Both the position numbers and the translations under genes were made by a program. A model generated the notes under the pieces. That model saw only the letters and a list, made by a program, of their open reading frames with translations, was not told where the DNA came from and did no database searches. A stretch of 64,000 nucleotides of DNA from Deltaproteobacteria bacterium (GTDB taxonomy: Bacteria > Myxococcota_A > Polyangia > Fen-1088): the NCBI GenBank assembly GCA_033763315.1, contig JANRKS010000032.1, forward strand, positions 384,001 to 448,000. The letters are read 5' to 3'. Within the stretch, counting starts at the first letter, position 1. Each line of letters starts with the position of its first letter. Of the stretch, positions 29,931 to 40,153 are shown piece after piece.

Positions 29931-31277
29931 CTAGGCCAGCAGCGCCCCGATGGTGCTCGTGGCCATCGAGCTGCCTTGGCCAAACTGCTTCATCGGCAGG
30001 CCAATCGCGTTGAGCACCGAAAGGTGTACCGTGGAAGGATTGCCGCGGTTGCCACGGATGTGTTGATCCGTTTTCAGTTTGCCCCCGGCGCCGCCCGCCA
30101 CGATGATGGGCATCTCTTCGCGTGAATGGCTGCGCCCTTCGGACACTTCCGACATACACAGCATCGCCACATTATCCAACAGCGTGCCGCCTGCCTCGTT
30201 CACGCCCTTCCACTTTTCCAGCATGTACGCCAGCTCTTGCATCACGAACACGACGCCCTCATGGATGCGGGGCTGACCGGCGCCACCCCCATCGCCGTGG
30301 GTCATGATGTGAAAATCTTCCGTGTGTCCCAGCTCCTTGAAGATGGGCGCATACCAGGTGAACAGCTGGTACGAAAACGCGCGCGTCAAATCGCAGGCCA
30401 GCGCCAGTGTGAAGACGTCAGTCATGAGACGGTTCCGCAAGCGCAACTCTGGGTTCACGGACTTGACGTCTGTGGGTCGCGTCGGTGTGGCGCACATACC
30501 GCTGCTTCCCATGGCGGGCGCCGCTTTGAGGCGCTTTTCGATCTCGCCGATCTCCGATAGGTGTTGATCGAGCCTGGCCCTATCACGCGCGCCCAACCGG
30601 TTGCGCAACGTTTTGGCGTCGGCGTTGATAACGTCGAGAACGCCTTGTTGTGCGCGCGCCAGGCGGTCACCGTCGGCGGGGGACGTGGTCGACGTTCGGC
30701 CTTTGAAAAGCTTATCGAATACGATCATGGGCGACGTTTCGCCGGGGTTCACGCTGCCCGGGCCATTGTGCGAAATGTCTCGCGGCGTGGTTCCTTCGCC
30801 CCCAAAGGGCGAGCGGTGGGCCGCCAAGTGAAGAGCATCGAACGCGGCTTTTCCCGCCCACGCCTTTTTCACGACCACGTCTATGGAAGGCAACGCCGCC
30901 GTTGTGCCCGATTGGTATCCCATGGGCCCGGCGCCCGTGAGCATCGCTTGCTGCCCGGCGTGGTGAACGGTGCCATCGGGGGAAGAGAACATGCCCGTCA
31001 CAACGCTGATCTTGTCTTTGACTTTGGCCAGCGGCATGAGCTGATCGCTTAACGCCCACTGGCTGCCTTGGCCCGTGGCTTTCGGGATCCAACGGCTGGG
31101 CAACATGCCGCTGCCCCACCACCACACGCCAAAGCGGACAGGCATCGGTCCGCCTGCGGCCAACGCTGTTCCATTGGTGTTCACCATGGCATCGAGCAAC
31201 GGCAACGCCACGGCTGTCGACACGCCACCCACCATTCCACGCAACACAGTCCTTCGGGGCAAGCTTGTGGTCTTCAT
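29931..31277 (-). CDS. DUF1552-family protein (Tat signal)
   Basis: PRRTVLRG..ALPLLDAM, PSID, LGARDRARLDQHL, ALACDLTR, GTLLDN. Confidence 0.9.
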   Translation of the reverse strand: MKTTSLPRRTVLRGMVGGVSTAVALPLLDAMVNTNGTALAAGGPMPVRFGVWWWGSGMLPSRWIPKATGQGSQWALSDQLMPLAKVKDKISVVTGMFSSPDGTVHHAGQQAMLTGAGPMGYQSGTTAALPSIDVVVKKAWAGKAAFDALHLAAHRSPFGGEGTTPRDISHNGPGSVNPGETSPMIVFDKLFKGRTSTTSPADGDRLARAQQGVLDVINADAKTLRNRLGARDRARLDQHLSEIGEIEKRLKAAPAMGSSGMCATPTRPTDVKSVNPELRLRNRLMTDVFTLALACDLTRAFSYQLFTWYAPIFKELGHTEDFHIMTHGDGGGAGQPRIHEGVVFVMQELAYMLEKWKGVNEAGGTLLDNVAMLCMSEVSEGRSHSREEMPIIVAGGAGGKLKTDQHIRGNRGNPSTVHLSVLNAIGLPMKQFGQGSSMATSTIGALLA

Positions 31278-31284
31278 GTGTGTC

Positions 31285-33024
31285 CTATGGATTTGCAGAG
31301 GCGAAACGGAAGCCGTCGCTGGCGGCGATCGCGGTGACAAGGGCTGTGAAACGGTGGTCGCCGGTCTTCCACTTTTCAGTGACGCTCGCGATGACTCTGG
31401 CTTCGTCGTCGCTTTCCACGTGCGACGTGGTGAAGCGATAAAGCTGGCGTACCAAGCATGATTCGGCGTCGGGGCTCTGCTTGATCGCGCTCGCCAGTTC
31501 GCGTGCGTTCTTGAAGGCGACGCCGTCCAGCTCGCCCGAGGCGTCGATCGTGAGCGTGCGCTCCGTTTCCCGGTAGACGCCTATGCCGTCGAAGTTTTCA
31601 AGGCCAAATCCCAGGGGATCGATTTGCAGGTGGCATGAGCGGCATTGAGGTTTCACCAAATGATCCGTCAAACGCTGCCTTGTGGTGATGTTCTGGTTGG
31701 CGGCGGGTTCGGGGATGTTTGTGTCAACGTCAGCAGGCGCGGAAGCCACGTGTTGGCACAAGATCTCTTCGCGGATGTACTTGCCGCGCAAAGTGGGCGA
31801 CGAACGCGTCTCTTTCGCGCGGTGGGCAAGCCAAGCGCCAAAGCCGAGGATGCCGGCGCGCGCGCCATCGTCGGGCAAGGTGATTTTTGTAAAGCCCTGG
31901 CCCGAAGGCGCGGGCAGGCCGTACAGTTTTGCCAGATTTGCGTCAACGAACGTGGTGCGGTTGTCGAAAAGATCACGCAGATCGCCCTCGCGTTCGAAGA
32001 TCAAATCTTGCACCGTTCGTTCCACTTCGCCTTTCATAGACGCAACCAGCGCTGGGGAAAATAACGGGTACGAAGCGGCGTCCTTCGGCACGCCCTCAAG
32101 TTCTTCCAACTTGTAAAGCTCAAAGAACACGCGGGCCAACGCGTCGCGCGCCTTGGCATCTGCCAACAAGCGCTTGGCTTGCGCTTGCACATTTGACGAT
32201 TTCACCAGCTCACCTTTTTCAGCAGCCGCCAGCAATTCCGCATCGGGCGTGGTTGCCCACAACGAATAAGAGAGGCGGCTCGCCATCTCGTAAGACGTGT
32301 AGCGTAGCCGGCTGCTGTCAGCTGGATCGGGCTCACCCAACTCGACCCGGTACAAGAACGCGGGCGACTGCAGAAACGCCGCCAAAGCGAATTGCAGGCC
32401 CATCCACGGGCTTGAAAAGTCGGCGCCCACGGCCGCAACCAGCGCCAAATACTTCTTCACTTCATCGTCCGTCAACGGCCGCCGGAACGCGCGGCCACCA
32501 AAGCGACGCACGAAGGCTTCGATGCAGGGATCGGTGGCCGACGCTGGCTCACATCCGACGAACGCTCTCCGAAGCGTCGTATCTTTGAACAACGCTTCCG
32601 CTGTGCTGTAGGCGGCGTTCTGAAACTTATCGACGGCGCCCGCCGATAGGGTGCCGTTTGCCGCACCCACCACGCTGAACCCCGCTTGCGACGGCACCTC
32701 ATCAACATCGCCGCTTGGCGAAATGCCTAGAAGGTCACGCACTGAATTGCGGTACTCGATGCGCGTGAGGGCACGCAGGCTGATCGGAGCCGCTTTGAAT
32801 GGCGGTAGATCAGGATCCACCATTGGATCGTTTCCGCCGGAGCCGCCGTGGTTGCTGTCGCCGCCGGAACCACCCGCTTCACCATCATCGGGCGAAGCCG
32901 AGCCGCTACACGCGGCGAGCGTCAAGGTAAGCGTGGCGAACAGTGCGCGGCCTGCGATCAACCGCGAGGCGGCACGACGGCTTCGCACGCACAGGCTTGC
33001 GAGAACTTCTTCTGCCAAGTGCAT
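31285..33024 (-). CDS. DUF1592-family lipoprotein (DUF1587/1595/1592/1588/1585 architecture), one CxxCH
   Basis: RALTRIEYRNSVRDLLG, RAFRRPL, SPAFLYRVE, ASRLSYSLW, SPTLRG, CRSCH..DPLGFGLENFD. Confidence 0.9.
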   Translation of the reverse strand: MHLAEEVLASLCVRSRRAASRLIAGRALFATLTLTLAACSGSASPDDGEAGGSGGDSNHGGSGGNDPMVDPDLPPFKAAPISLRALTRIEYRNSVRDLLGISPSGDVDEVPSQAGFSVVGAANGTLSAGAVDKFQNAAYSTAEALFKDTTLRRAFVGCEPASATDPCIEAFVRRFGGRAFRRPLTDDEVKKYLALVAAVGADFSSPWMGLQFALAAFLQSPAFLYRVELGEPDPADSSRLRYTSYEMASRLSYSLWATTPDAELLAAAEKGELVKSSNVQAQAKRLLADAKARDALARVFFELYKLEELEGVPKDAASYPLFSPALVASMKGEVERTVQDLIFEREGDLRDLFDNRTTFVDANLAKLYGLPAPSGQGFTKITLPDDGARAGILGFGAWLAHRAKETRSSPTLRGKYIREEILCQHVASAPADVDTNIPEPAANQNITTRQRLTDHLVKPQCRSCHLQIDPLGFGLENFDGIGVYRETERTLTIDASGELDGVAFKNARELASAIKQSPDAESCLVRQLYRFTTSHVESDDEARVIASVTEKWKTGDHRFTALVTAIAASDGFRFASANP

Positions 33025-33282
33025 CGTAGGTCCAGTGTGTGTCCCTGGCCGCCAACGCTGCAATCGGCAAACCCACGCAAACCCGCGTTTTCGGGGAAAC
33101 TCTCATCGAATGCCAAAGAAGTTCGGGGGCGCCGCAAAGGCGTAACTCGGGTGCGCCTTGGGCTGACGGCACCCTTGGCGCGTCAATCCAACCCTGCGCC
33201 AAGACAAAAACGTGGGCCGCACACCTGATATTTGGGCGCGTTTAGCCCGCGGACCGATCGTCTAAAGTACAATCCTGCCCTC

Positions 33283-34044
33283 ATGTTTCGACCGTGCATT
33301 GATTTGCGGCAGGGCAAAGTGGTTCAAATCGTTGGCGGCACGCTGACCGACGCTGGCACGGACACGCACACAAATTTCGAGTCCGACAAGCCGCCCGCGT
33401 GGTTTGCGCAGCTTTACCGCAATGATGGCCTCACGGGAGGGCACGTCATTGCGTTGGGCCCCGGCAACGAAGCGGCCGCGCGCGAGGCCTTGGCGGCGTG
33501 GCCGGGCGGTTTGCAGTATGGCGGGGGTGTCACGGCCGACAACGCTGAAGCCTGGCTGCAAGCCGGGGCTTCACACGTGATCGTGACTTCCTGGGTCTTC
33601 AGCGCCGGGCGGCTTAATGAAGAGCGTTTGGCACAGCTGCAAAAGCGCGTGGGTCGCGAACACCTCGTACTCGATTTAAGTTGTCGCAAACGCGATGGGG
33701 CGTATTGGGTGGTCACCGATCGCTGGCAAAATTTCACAAACATGGTGGTCAACCAGCAAACGTGTGAATCGCTTGCAGCGGCGTGCTCTGAGTTTCTTGT
33801 GCACGCCGTTGACGTCGAGGGTTTGTGCCGTGGCATTGACGGTGATCTGGTGGCAAACTTGGCGCGCTGGTCGCCGCTTCCAGCCACGTATGCGGGGGGG
33901 GCCCAGTCACTGCAGGATCTGCAAGACGTCGAACGCCTAGGTGCTGGCCGCATTCACCTCACGATTGGCAGCGCGCTCGACATTTTCGGCGGCCACGGTG
34001 TGCGTTATGACGACTGCGTGGCCTTCAACAAGCGCCTCGCTTGA
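33283..34044 (+). CDS. hisA: ProFAR isomerase HisA, eukaryote-like (His6) type
   Basis: MFRPCIDLRQGKVVQIVGGTL, GGHVIALG, LVLDLSCR, HAVDVEGL, TIGSALDIFGG. Confidence 0.93.
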   Translation: MFRPCIDLRQGKVVQIVGGTLTDAGTDTHTNFESDKPPAWFAQLYRNDGLTGGHVIALGPGNEAAAREALAAWPGGLQYGGGVTADNAEAWLQAGASHVIVTSWVFSAGRLNEERLAQLQKRVGREHLVLDLSCRKRDGAYWVVTDRWQNFTNMVVNQQTCESLAAACSEFLVHAVDVEGLCRGIDGDLVANLARWSPLPATYAGGAQSLQDLQDVERLGAGRIHLTIGSALDIFGGHGVRYDDCVAFNKRLA

Positions 34045-34075
34045 CCGCCGCACGCGCACGGAATAGACAGCTCAG

Positions 34076-34885
34076 GTGTTTGCTGCTTACACCGCCCTCG
34101 CAGGCTTAGCTTTCAAATCCGTGGCGTGGCTTGCCGCGGTGGCTGGTGTGGTGCTGTTCCTCGGGGGAGCGATCGTGACCTTTGTGTTCATCGATACGGT
34201 GAACCGCGCTTTGATGGCGCGCCCTCAACCCACGTATGTGCGCCGTTTTGCGACCGCGGCCTGTCTGTTGTGGGCGCTTGTTTTACCGCTGTTTTTTGGC
34301 GTGGCGGGGTTCACGTGGGGCTTGGGCCGCGGGCTCGGCAGCGTTGTTGAGGGACCCGTCAGCCGAACGGTTCGCGGCTCGGCTTTGCCATGGATCGCCA
34401 CCGCCGATGGCTTCGGCAGCAAGTTGCTGGGCCGATGGGCCTTGGCAAAACGTTTGTCGGAAACGGAATTCACACTGGTCACGCAAACGGCGCCGCGGTG
34501 GTTGGCTGATGTCTTGTTCCCGGGTGATAAGCCAGCGCCGTGGTTGAGCGCGATCGGCGTGTCCGTGCCGCCCGCGGTGGTGAGCGTGCTGCGCGAGGGT
34601 TTGCAAACCGCCCCGCAAAAGCACCCAACACTATTCGGTGCGGCCCTGCGCAACTTGCGGGATCGCAGCAAAGGCGACGCCAAGAACCGCCCCACACTCA
34701 AAGAAACGCTTGAGGCGATGATCGCGCCGTCTGTGTTCCACAACGCGGCCCAAAGCATTCGCGACAAGGCGTGGCACTACGTGGCGTGGCTGCTTGTGAT
34801 GGCCGTATTGGTGGCGTCTGTTTCCGCGGCGGCGCTGCGCTTATTGTGGCGATCGCCCGGTGCTGCGGTAGGGGCCGCGTCGTGA
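34076..34885 (+). CDS. Hypothetical membrane protein
   Basis: Several hydrophobic segments; GTGA overlap with the next gene. Confidence 0.65.
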   Translation: MFAAYTALAGLAFKSVAWLAAVAGVVLFLGGAIVTFVFIDTVNRALMARPQPTYVRRFATAACLLWALVLPLFFGVAGFTWGLGRGLGSVVEGPVSRTVRGSALPWIATADGFGSKLLGRWALAKRLSETEFTLVTQTAPRWLADVLFPGDKPAPWLSAIGVSVPPAVVSVLREGLQTAPQKHPTLFGAALRNLRDRSKGDAKNRPTLKETLEAMIAPSVFHNAAQSIRDKAWHYVAWLLVMAVLVASVSAAALRLLWRSPGAAVGAAS

Positions 34886-35892
34886 GCGAAACAAGCGGCA
34901 CGTTCAGCAAACCCGTGGCGTTTGTGCGCGCGTTCGTGAGCCAGTACGCGCCGTGGTTGTCACTGGCCATTGGCGTCTTGGCGCGGGTGCTCAGCAACCA
35001 CGATATTAACTTTGCCCCCAAAGCTGTGGCTTTGTTGATCGTCGCGTGGACTTTGCCTGCGGTGTTTGCGCGGGTGCTGCCATCGCCGCAGGCGGGCGTC
35101 AAAGAGCCAAAGTGGCGCAACGTCATCCGCACCACGGGCGCGCCGTTTGTTGTGGTTGCCCTTTACAAGAACGTGCTGTTCTTCTTGGTCCCCATCTGGT
35201 TTGGGTCGGCGCACATTCCTTCCGTGAACATGGGCGCGCCCCTTGTGTTGGCGGCCATGGCCTTGTTCACATGTTTTTCTCACCAATACCACCATCACGT
35301 GATTGAGCACCCGGTTCGTCGCGTGGTGTGGTCGGCCGTGGTTCTGTTTGCGGCACTGGTCCCGGCGTTGGCGGTGCTCGCGTTCATGTCGCCACGGCTT
35401 TCTTTGTTCTTTGCGGCGTTGCTCGCCACGGCCATCGCCACCGCGTCGCTCAAAGGTGGCGCGAACTTGCTTAGCCACCGCGCCGTGGTCCGGCTCTTGT
35501 GGAGCGCCATGCCGGTGGCACTGCTGGTGGCCGCTGCCGCGCCGCTGTTGCCGCCCGTGCCGGCCGTTTGTCACGACAAAGGTGCAGGTACAGCTTTGCT
35601 TAACCATAACCTTGTGAACCAGGCCAACTCGTTTCCAAAAGGCACACGTCGCGTTTATGCGTGGTTTGCGGTGTCGCTGCCTGCGGGTTACCGCCAGCGC
35701 GTGGCGTTTCAGTGGTTTCACAACGGCAAGAAGGTGGGCGGGCCGATCCCGTCCACAATCGAAGGCGGGCGCAGCACGGGATACCGCACGGCCACCTACA
35801 AAACGGCACCCGCTGTGGGCCACTGGCGTGCCGAGCTTTACAGCGACGCTTCACAACTGGTGGCGCGCGTGTCGTTCGAGATCGAACCGTAA
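34882..35892 (+). CDS. Membrane protein with C-terminal DUF2914 domain
   Basis: Multiple TM segments then VYAWFAV..FQWFHNG..IEGGRSTGYRT..GHWRAE. Confidence 0.8.
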   Translation: MSETSGTFSKPVAFVRAFVSQYAPWLSLAIGVLARVLSNHDINFAPKAVALLIVAWTLPAVFARVLPSPQAGVKEPKWRNVIRTTGAPFVVVALYKNVLFFLVPIWFGSAHIPSVNMGAPLVLAAMALFTCFSHQYHHHVIEHPVRRVVWSAVVLFAALVPALAVLAFMSPRLSLFFAALLATAIATASLKGGANLLSHRAVVRLLWSAMPVALLVAAAAPLLPPVPAVCHDKGAGTALLNHNLVNQANSFPKGTRRVYAWFAVSLPAGYRQRVAFQWFHNGKKVGGPIPSTIEGGRSTGYRTATYKTAPAVGHWRAELYSDASQLVARVSFEIEP

Positions 35893-36032
35893 GTGGCTAA
35901 GTCATTTTGCTGTGTGGTTCCACCTCAAGACTTTGGTCATAGGGATTGTGCTGTGGGCTCACGCACGTGCAAGTTGCAGAGGCCGAAAACACATCAAGGT
36001 GATCTGCTTCTTTGCCCCCTAAACTGGCGCTT

Positions 36033-37421
36033 ATGAACCGCCGGCTGTTCTTGCAACAATCCTCGTGCGCGCTCGCTTTGTTGTCCGCAGTCGCCAAGAC
36101 CGCGGCCGCCAGCAATGTCATCACATATCAATACCCGCGGCTTGCCCCTCGCTCCCCTCTTTACAAGGTGTGGGCCGGCGGCCATGAGCAGGTGGTGTAT
36201 CAAACGTCCGTGGGCGGCATGGCCACGTTCGCTTGCGACGGCGATGTGGAAATCGAGGTGCAAGTGCCGCCAACGGCGCGCGAGGTGCGCGTGGCACCCG
36301 CCCGCTATGCAATTACGGCAGCGAAGACGGGTGATCGCTTGCGCTTTCGCATGCCGTCGGGCGCCAACCTGCTCGTTGAAATCGATTCCTTGCCCCACCT
36401 GTTCATCTTCGCCAACAAGCCGGAAGCGCACCTGCCCGATCCAAGCGCACAGGGCGTGCACTATTTCAAAGCCGGTCAGATCTATGAAGTGGGCGAGTTG
36501 CGTCTGCGCGACAACGAGACGCTTTACATCGAAGGTGGTGCGGTCGTCCGTGGTTGTGTGCGCGCCACGTCCGCCAAGAACGTGCGGGTGGCAGGCCACG
36601 GCATCCTTGACGGCGGCTTTTACCAAAAAGAGATCGACAGCCGTCGTTTGATCGTGTTTGAGCAGTGTCACAACAGCACGATCGAAAACATCACTTTGAT
36701 CGAGCCTTCGTCATGGATGATCATGCTTGGCGATTGTGAAGACGTAACCCTCAGCAACGTAAAGGAGCTGGGTCTGCTGGGGGGCACCGACGGCGTCGAT
36801 ATCGTTGGCTCACGCCGCATTCGCGTTCAAAACGGCTTTTTGCGCAACGGTGACGATTGCATCGCGATCAAGTCGCTCGATATGCGCCGGCACGGCAAAG
36901 ACGCGAGTGTTGATTTTACGCGCGACGTGCAAGACATCGACATCGTGGGCTGTTCGTTCATGGCTTATCTTGGCGGCCAGGCCATGGAGGTGGGCCACGA
37001 GCTGCGCTCGCAATCGATCAAAGGCATCCGCTTCCGTGATTGCGACGTCCTTAAGAAGCCAAACTACGGCGCGCCGTTTGGCATTCACAACGCCGATGGC
37101 GCCACCGTGAGCGATGTGCTGTTCGAGAACATCCGCGTCGAACACCACTACGATAAACTCGTCGATTTCCGGATCATTGAAAGCCGCTGGTCGCAGGGGA
37201 AAACGCGCGGCCACGTGCGAAACGTTACGTTGCGGAACATCGACGTCACCGTCTCGCAGTTCAACACCGGCTACACCATGTCGTTGATTGGTGGCTTCAA
37301 CAAAGACCACAAGATCGTGGGCGTCACGTTCGATAACTTCCGGCTCAATGGCAAACGCGCCACGAAGCCGGACGATCTGGATCTGTATACGCGCTACGCC
37401 GAGAAAATTGGTTTTCGCTAG
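36033..37421 (+). CDS. Tat-exported parallel beta-helix glycoside hydrolase (GH28/GH49-like)
   Basis: MNRRLFL Tat signal; LYIEGGAVVRG, GHGILDG, TDGVDI, GDDCIAIK. Confidence 0.8.
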   Translation: MNRRLFLQQSSCALALLSAVAKTAAASNVITYQYPRLAPRSPLYKVWAGGHEQVVYQTSVGGMATFACDGDVEIEVQVPPTAREVRVAPARYAITAAKTGDRLRFRMPSGANLLVEIDSLPHLFIFANKPEAHLPDPSAQGVHYFKAGQIYEVGELRLRDNETLYIEGGAVVRGCVRATSAKNVRVAGHGILDGGFYQKEIDSRRLIVFEQCHNSTIENITLIEPSSWMIMLGDCEDVTLSNVKELGLLGGTDGVDIVGSRRIRVQNGFLRNGDDCIAIKSLDMRRHGKDASVDFTRDVQDIDIVGCSFMAYLGGQAMEVGHELRSQSIKGIRFRDCDVLKKPNYGAPFGIHNADGATVSDVLFENIRVEHHYDKLVDFRIIESRWSQGKTRGHVRNVTLRNIDVTVSQFNTGYTMSLIGGFNKDHKIVGVTFDNFRLNGKRATKPDDLDLYTRYAEKIGFR

Positions 37422-37428
37422 CGTCTGG

Positions 37429-39534
37429 TCATAAGCCCGGCACGGCTTCGCCGCTCAAGCCTAAGCTGCGTGCCGGCGCCGTGTTCTTGACCGATACGAA
37501 GAACAAAGCGGCCTGGTGGCGCTCCAGCTTTGCTTTTAGGGTCTTGCCCGCGCCCAGCGCCGTCGACGCCCCTGGATTCCACTGCCACACATAGCTTTGG
37601 CCGCGCACACCCAGGCTTGCCAGGTCGATCGATGCCTCCACAGGGTGTTCATTGCGATTCAGCACCAACACGGCGTGCGCCTGCAGGGCGGGGTAATCGC
37701 GCACGGCCACAAGCGCGTTCACATCTTTGCCGTGTTTGCCCCACAACGGAAAGCGCGCCTTGCCGAAGGTTTTCCCTGGTTGAACGAACCGCAACAGCGC
37801 CAACCGATCGGGCGCCAAACGGTGCGGCCGATCCGACGTGGATACCACTCCACCCAAGATGCCATTCCACAGCGTCAAAGCCACGGCTTCGTCGTTGCTC
37901 AGCCGCGTTGAACCCGTGCCGTCGCGCACATAAAGTACGTCTGGATCGTTTTGCCACAACACATTGTTCATGTATTGCGTGGCGATCGTTTCTTGGAACA
38001 TGTTCACCGTGTTGCCGTCGCTCGTCCAACTGTCAGTGTCCACGTCATATCCCACGCGCATAGAATCGGCGTAACCCAACATGGGCCCAAACGGTGTGAT
38101 GCAACCGTGGAAATAGGCGTCCGCGCCGATTTCTTCTTTGATCATGCGAACCACATCCACAAAGTTTTGCACCGACGTTTTGCCCGGCGTTTGGCGCTTT
38201 ACCAAGGTTGAATCCTTAAAGCCCCACTCCATGAAATCCATCTTGTAGGCTTTGACGCCCCACTTGCGATAGGTGGCAAATACATTGCGCAAGAACGCAA
38301 AGGCGCCAGGGTGCGTGGTGTCGAGGTAATAACGCTCTTCTTCAGTGGCGTAGATGTAGAAAAACGGTTTGCCTTTCCCATGCACGATCGGTTTGCCTTG
38401 CAGATCGTGCACGACCCACTCGGGGTGGTCTTTGTAAAGCCGGCTCAGCGACGACACCATAAACGGCGCCACCCACAATCCCGGTGCATATCCCGCGTTG
38501 CGAATCGTGTTGAAGGTGGCTTGCAGGCCGCCTTCGTAAACGCGTTCATCCGCTTGCAGCCAATCGCCGAGTGGGGAAAACCCCGCATCGATCAACACGC
38601 TTTGAAATGGCAAAGGCGGTTGTATTTTCGCCATGCCAGCCAACGTGTCTTTGAGCCGCGCGGTGTCGTGGCCCTCGTAAAACTCATACCAGCTGTCCCA
38701 ATGAAACCGCGGCGGCGATTTGACCTTGATGTTGTTTGCCTGCGCCAAGCGCTGCGCCCACGTGTCCAGCGCTTGCGGCAGCGAGGGCGCCGCCAAAATG
38801 TGCAAGCGCGGCAGGACGAGTCGTTGCTTGGGCAGCGGGATGTTCTCGGTTGAGAAACCGGCTTCAAACAAAACGTCATCAAGCGCCGGCTTCTTCTCAA
38901 CCAATTCCCGCCGGTGGCTCTTGTTGTAAAGCGTGCAGCGTTGCAAGTAATCCTTGTGATCCACGGCGCCTGCCAAAAGCGTGTGCTCCGTGCCCGCCAC
39001 CACAGCCGTGGTCAAAAATGAATCGTATGACCACGCCGCCTCGAACAATTTATTGGGCGAATGTGTGTTGGTCGCGGCGGGAATCTCAAACACGCCGCTG
39101 GGGCCGCCAAAGCCTAAGCCCTGTTTGAAGAAGCGATCGGCACCCACAACCCGCGCTCCCGCCAAGGGGAACACCCAGTGCGGTGCCGTGCTGAACCCTT
39201 CGAGGACCGCATCCACCCAAGCGACTTCGCCGTCCGCGCCCACGTTCAATACCAGGCGGCCCCCCACGAGTTCGTAGGTGATCGTGGTCGCGTCGCCCGA
39301 TTTCTGCGTCTGCACGCGCACCGGATGAACGGGAACGTCATCGATGGCAGGGTAGGCCCCCTGCAAAGCCAAAGGGCCCACGCGCACGTCGAAGCGGCCG
39401 TCCCCAAACGTTTGCACGCTCGGGCTCGCCTTAGGTGCCGCCGCTTGGGTGGGGGTCGGCACCTCGAGAGCCGCCAAACCTGCAAGTAGGCCGCGTCTTT
39501 TGAATTTCAGGTCACGCAACTTGGGCGATGTCAT
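37429..39534 (-). CDS. Tat-exported alpha-galactosidase-like protein, GH36
   Basis: KRRGLLAG; WDSWYEFY, LIDAG, GLWVAPF, LDTTHP, KMDF, MRVGYD, NDPD. Confidence 0.85.
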   Translation of the reverse strand: MTSPKLRDLKFKRRGLLAGLAALEVPTPTQAAAPKASPSVQTFGDGRFDVRVGPLALQGAYPAIDDVPVHPVRVQTQKSGDATTITYELVGGRLVLNVGADGEVAWVDAVLEGFSTAPHWVFPLAGARVVGADRFFKQGLGFGGPSGVFEIPAATNTHSPNKLFEAAWSYDSFLTTAVVAGTEHTLLAGAVDHKDYLQRCTLYNKSHRRELVEKKPALDDVLFEAGFSTENIPLPKQRLVLPRLHILAAPSLPQALDTWAQRLAQANNIKVKSPPRFHWDSWYEFYEGHDTARLKDTLAGMAKIQPPLPFQSVLIDAGFSPLGDWLQADERVYEGGLQATFNTIRNAGYAPGLWVAPFMVSSLSRLYKDHPEWVVHDLQGKPIVHGKGKPFFYIYATEEERYYLDTTHPGAFAFLRNVFATYRKWGVKAYKMDFMEWGFKDSTLVKRQTPGKTSVQNFVDVVRMIKEEIGADAYFHGCITPFGPMLGYADSMRVGYDVDTDSWTSDGNTVNMFQETIATQYMNNVLWQNDPDVLYVRDGTGSTRLSNDEAVALTLWNGILGGVVSTSDRPHRLAPDRLALLRFVQPGKTFGKARFPLWGKHGKDVNALVAVRDYPALQAHAVLVLNRNEHPVEASIDLASLGVRGQSYVWQWNPGASTALGAGKTLKAKLERHQAALFFVSVKNTAPARSLGLSGEAVPGL

Positions 39535-39685
39535 CGGCGCTTGGTTGCCGCCCATGAACAACCGTTCGGGCCCGCGGGCGGACATGTGCGGCCGACGTCA
39601 CACTCGCTCTTTGGGGCCCTCCACCAAGAATTTCTCGCGCCGTTTTTCGTGTTCGCGCCGCGCCACCCTATACTGAAGCGGCACT

Positions 39686-40084
39686 ATGGTCGTTACGTCA
39701 GACCGCGATCGGCGGGGGCTTCACCGCGTGGAAATCTACGCGCAGGCCACATTTCGCGGCGCGGAGGTTCAGATCATGGATGTGCGCAACCTGTCATCAG
39801 GCGGCGTTTACCTGGTGGGCACGCCGCAGGAGTATCCAGAGCTTGTGCCGGGCCGGGAGTTTGAGCTGGTGATCTTCGGCACGGAAGACGGGGCCGGCGA
39901 TGAAGAGGAATTCAACATCATTTGCCGGGCGCGGGTCATTCGCGTCGATCCAGGCTGGCCCGACAAACGCCCCCCCGGCTTTGGCGTCACTTTGGATCCC
40001 GCCGATCAGGACCAACGCGATCGGTTGGCCAACCTGTTGTTGCGAGCCAGCGCTTACCGCCCGGGCGGCCGCACGGGCGATTGA
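39686..40084 (+). CDS. PilZ-domain protein
   Basis: DRRGLHR (RxxxR) and NLSSGG (D/NxSxxG) motifs. Confidence 0.85.
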   Translation: MVVTSDRDRRGLHRVEIYAQATFRGAEVQIMDVRNLSSGGVYLVGTPQEYPELVPGREFELVIFGTEDGAGDEEEFNIICRARVIRVDPGWPDKRPPGFGVTLDPADQDQRDRLANLLLRASAYRPGGRTGD

Positions 40085-40153
40085 TGGGCCCGGTTTGCCG
40101 CTCCGTGTAGGCGAAAAATTGCCGCCGTCGGCCTCCCGAGATAACAACAAGAG

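Noticed and set aside
33061-33120. c-di-GMP-I riboswitch-like words (GGCAAACC..ACGCAAA)
   Set aside because: The intervening GAAA hairpin is missing and no second stem is evident.
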